A stretch of 64,000 nucleotides of DNA from a virus: positions 10,026 to 74,025 of the IMG/VR virus record IMGVR_UViG_3300030380_005342. One strand, written 5' to 3'. Below the pieces are notes generated by a model that ran no database searches, was not told the origin of the DNA, and saw nothing but the letters and a program-made list of their open reading frames with translations. Shown here one piece after another: positions 62,757 through 64,000 of this stretch. Each line of letters opens with the position of its first letter. Position 1 is the first letter of the stretch. The translations under genes and the position numbers were made by a program.

Positions 62757-63193
62757 CACACAAATTGTTTGATGATAACGCTGGGCAAGAGGGGCTTAGG
62801 GTTTGTAAAAAATGTAAACAAGCAAAACCACTAAGTGAATATTATACAGATCGCTCAAGCATGACAAATGGTGTTTGGAAAGACCGCTATAGGGGTGAGT
62901 GTAAAACTTGCGGTAATAAAATTCAAAAGGATTTTGGAAAGGCTAAAAAACTTGCTGGAAATCCAAAGCGTCCACCTTTAGGCACACCTTGTGATTGTTG
63001 CGGAAAAACATCCGAAAGACTTTTATTTGATCACGATCATGAAACTCTTGATCACCGAGGCTGGCTGTGCGACTCTTGTAATACCGGCATAGGAAAATTA
63101 GGTGATGACTTGACAGGCATCAGAAACGCATTACAATACTTGGAAGAATATAACAATAAGGAGCAAAAGAACGATGAACAACTTTTTGAATAA
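62741..63193 (+). CDS. Endonuclease VII-type (HNH-fold) nuclease with N-terminal zinc finger
   Basis: CKKC..CKTC zinc finger; CDCC...L.FDHDH.T...RGWLC..CN.GIG.LGD. Confidence 0.82.
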   Translation: METYVTHKLFDDNAGQEGLRVCKKCKQAKPLSEYYTDRSSMTNGVWKDRYRGECKTCGNKIQKDFGKAKKLAGNPKRPPLGTPCDCCGKTSERLLFDHDHETLDHRGWLCDSCNTGIGKLGDDLTGIRNALQYLEEYNNKEQKNDEQLFE

Positions 63194-64000
63194 TTTGGTT
63201 GAGGTATCTGGTAATGAAGACGCTACTTCTGTTGACAGCGGTTTGGTTTCTGATATCAAGGGATTCATCAGCACGGGATCATACACACTAAATGCACTGC
63301 TGTCTGGATCTTTGTACGGTGGGATTCCGAACAACAAGATTACGGCACTGGCTGGCGAACAGGCGACTGGTAAAACTTTCTTTTGTTTCAACATTCTGAA
63401 AACTTTTCTTGATGACAATCCAGAAGGTGTCGTGCTTTACTTTGATTCAGAGCAAGCAATCACTTCACAAATGTTTGAAGAGCGTGGTATCGATGCTGCC
63501 CGCGTTGCCGTGTTCCCTGTCTCAACCATCGAAGAGTTTAGACATCAGATGATTCAGGTAGCGGATACTTATCGTGCAGAAAAAAACAAGAAGCCTATTC
63601 TTGTGATTCTTGATTCGCTTGGCAACTTGTCTACGCTGAAAGAAATGGAAGACACTGCGAGCGGCAAGAACGTGCGGGATATGACAAAAGCCCAAGCGTT
63701 GAAGGCAACTTTCCGAACGCTCACCGTCAAGTGTGGATCGGCTGGCATTCCGCTGCTGATCACAAACCACACTTACGATGTTGTCGGATCTTATGTGCCG
63801 ATGAAAGAAATGTCCGGTGGCTCCGGTCTGAAATACAACGCAGGCACAATCGTGTTCCTGTCCAAGAAGAAAGTCAAGGACGGAACGGATGTGGTTGGTA
63901 ACATCATCAAGTGTAAACTGCAAAAGTCACGGGTTACAAAAGAAAACTCTATTGCAGAAACTTTGTTGAACTATGAGTCTGGTCTTTCACCTTACTATGG
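63174..64000 (+). CDS. uvsX: RecA-like recombinase UvsX (3' truncated by window edge)
   Basis: Read by hand from ATG 63174: ...[38 protein letters not shown]...YFDSE...LDSLGNL...RDMTK...TNHTY...MSGGSGLKY. Confidence 0.95.
   Translation, partial: MNNFLNNLVEVSGNEDATSVDSGLVSDIKGFISTGSYTLNALLSGSLYGGIPNNKITALAGEQATGKTFFCFNILKTFLDDNPEGVVLYFDSEQAITSQMFEERGIDAARVAVFPVSTIEEFRHQMIQVADTYRAEKNKKPILVILDSLGNLSTLKEMEDTASGKNVRDMTKAQALKATFRTLTVKCGSAGIPLLITNHTYDVVGSYVPMKEMSGGSGLKYNAGTIVFLSKKKVKDGTDVVGNIIKCKLQKSRVTKENSIAETLLNYESGLSPYY

Overview
This window is a continuous, + strand-coded, AT-rich segment of a T4-like myovirus genome with the gene order of marine/freshwater (Kyanoviridae-like) T4 relatives. It runs from the 3' end of gp5 through baseplate (gp5.4-like, gp25, gp6, gp7, gp8, VrlC-like), neck/tail/head genes (gp13-gp23, gp3), recombination/late-transcription genes (uvsY, uvsW, gp55, gp47, gp46) and replication genes (gp45, gp44, gp62, regA, gp43) to the 5' part of uvsX. 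An unusually large glyco-toolkit is interleaved with these core genes: a carbamoyltransferase, two epimerases, a UDP-sugar dehydrogenase, GT25/GT11/GT10/GT2-TPR glycosyltransferases, an Fcl/ColC-like reductase and a ColD-like dehydratase. The main hypothesis is a phage-encoded virion O-glycosylation system. Exterior structural proteins are strongly enriched in a Gly-x-Thr motif that is nearly absent from enzymes and interior proteins, and a late-promoter-driven GT2-TPR gene is coupled to a Pro-poor (Gly-x-Thr)40 collagen-like fibre. Other observations: promoters positioned for leaderless mRNAs, a TA(A/C)ATA late promoter variant, an 11-bp inverted repeat bracketing the major capsid gene, apparent avoidance of AGCT/GGCC/CCWGG, and probable capsid-packaged internal proteins. 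I saw no tRNA, rRNA, CRISPR array, intron or intein. All family calls come from motif recognition and synteny, not database searches; counts are by hand.
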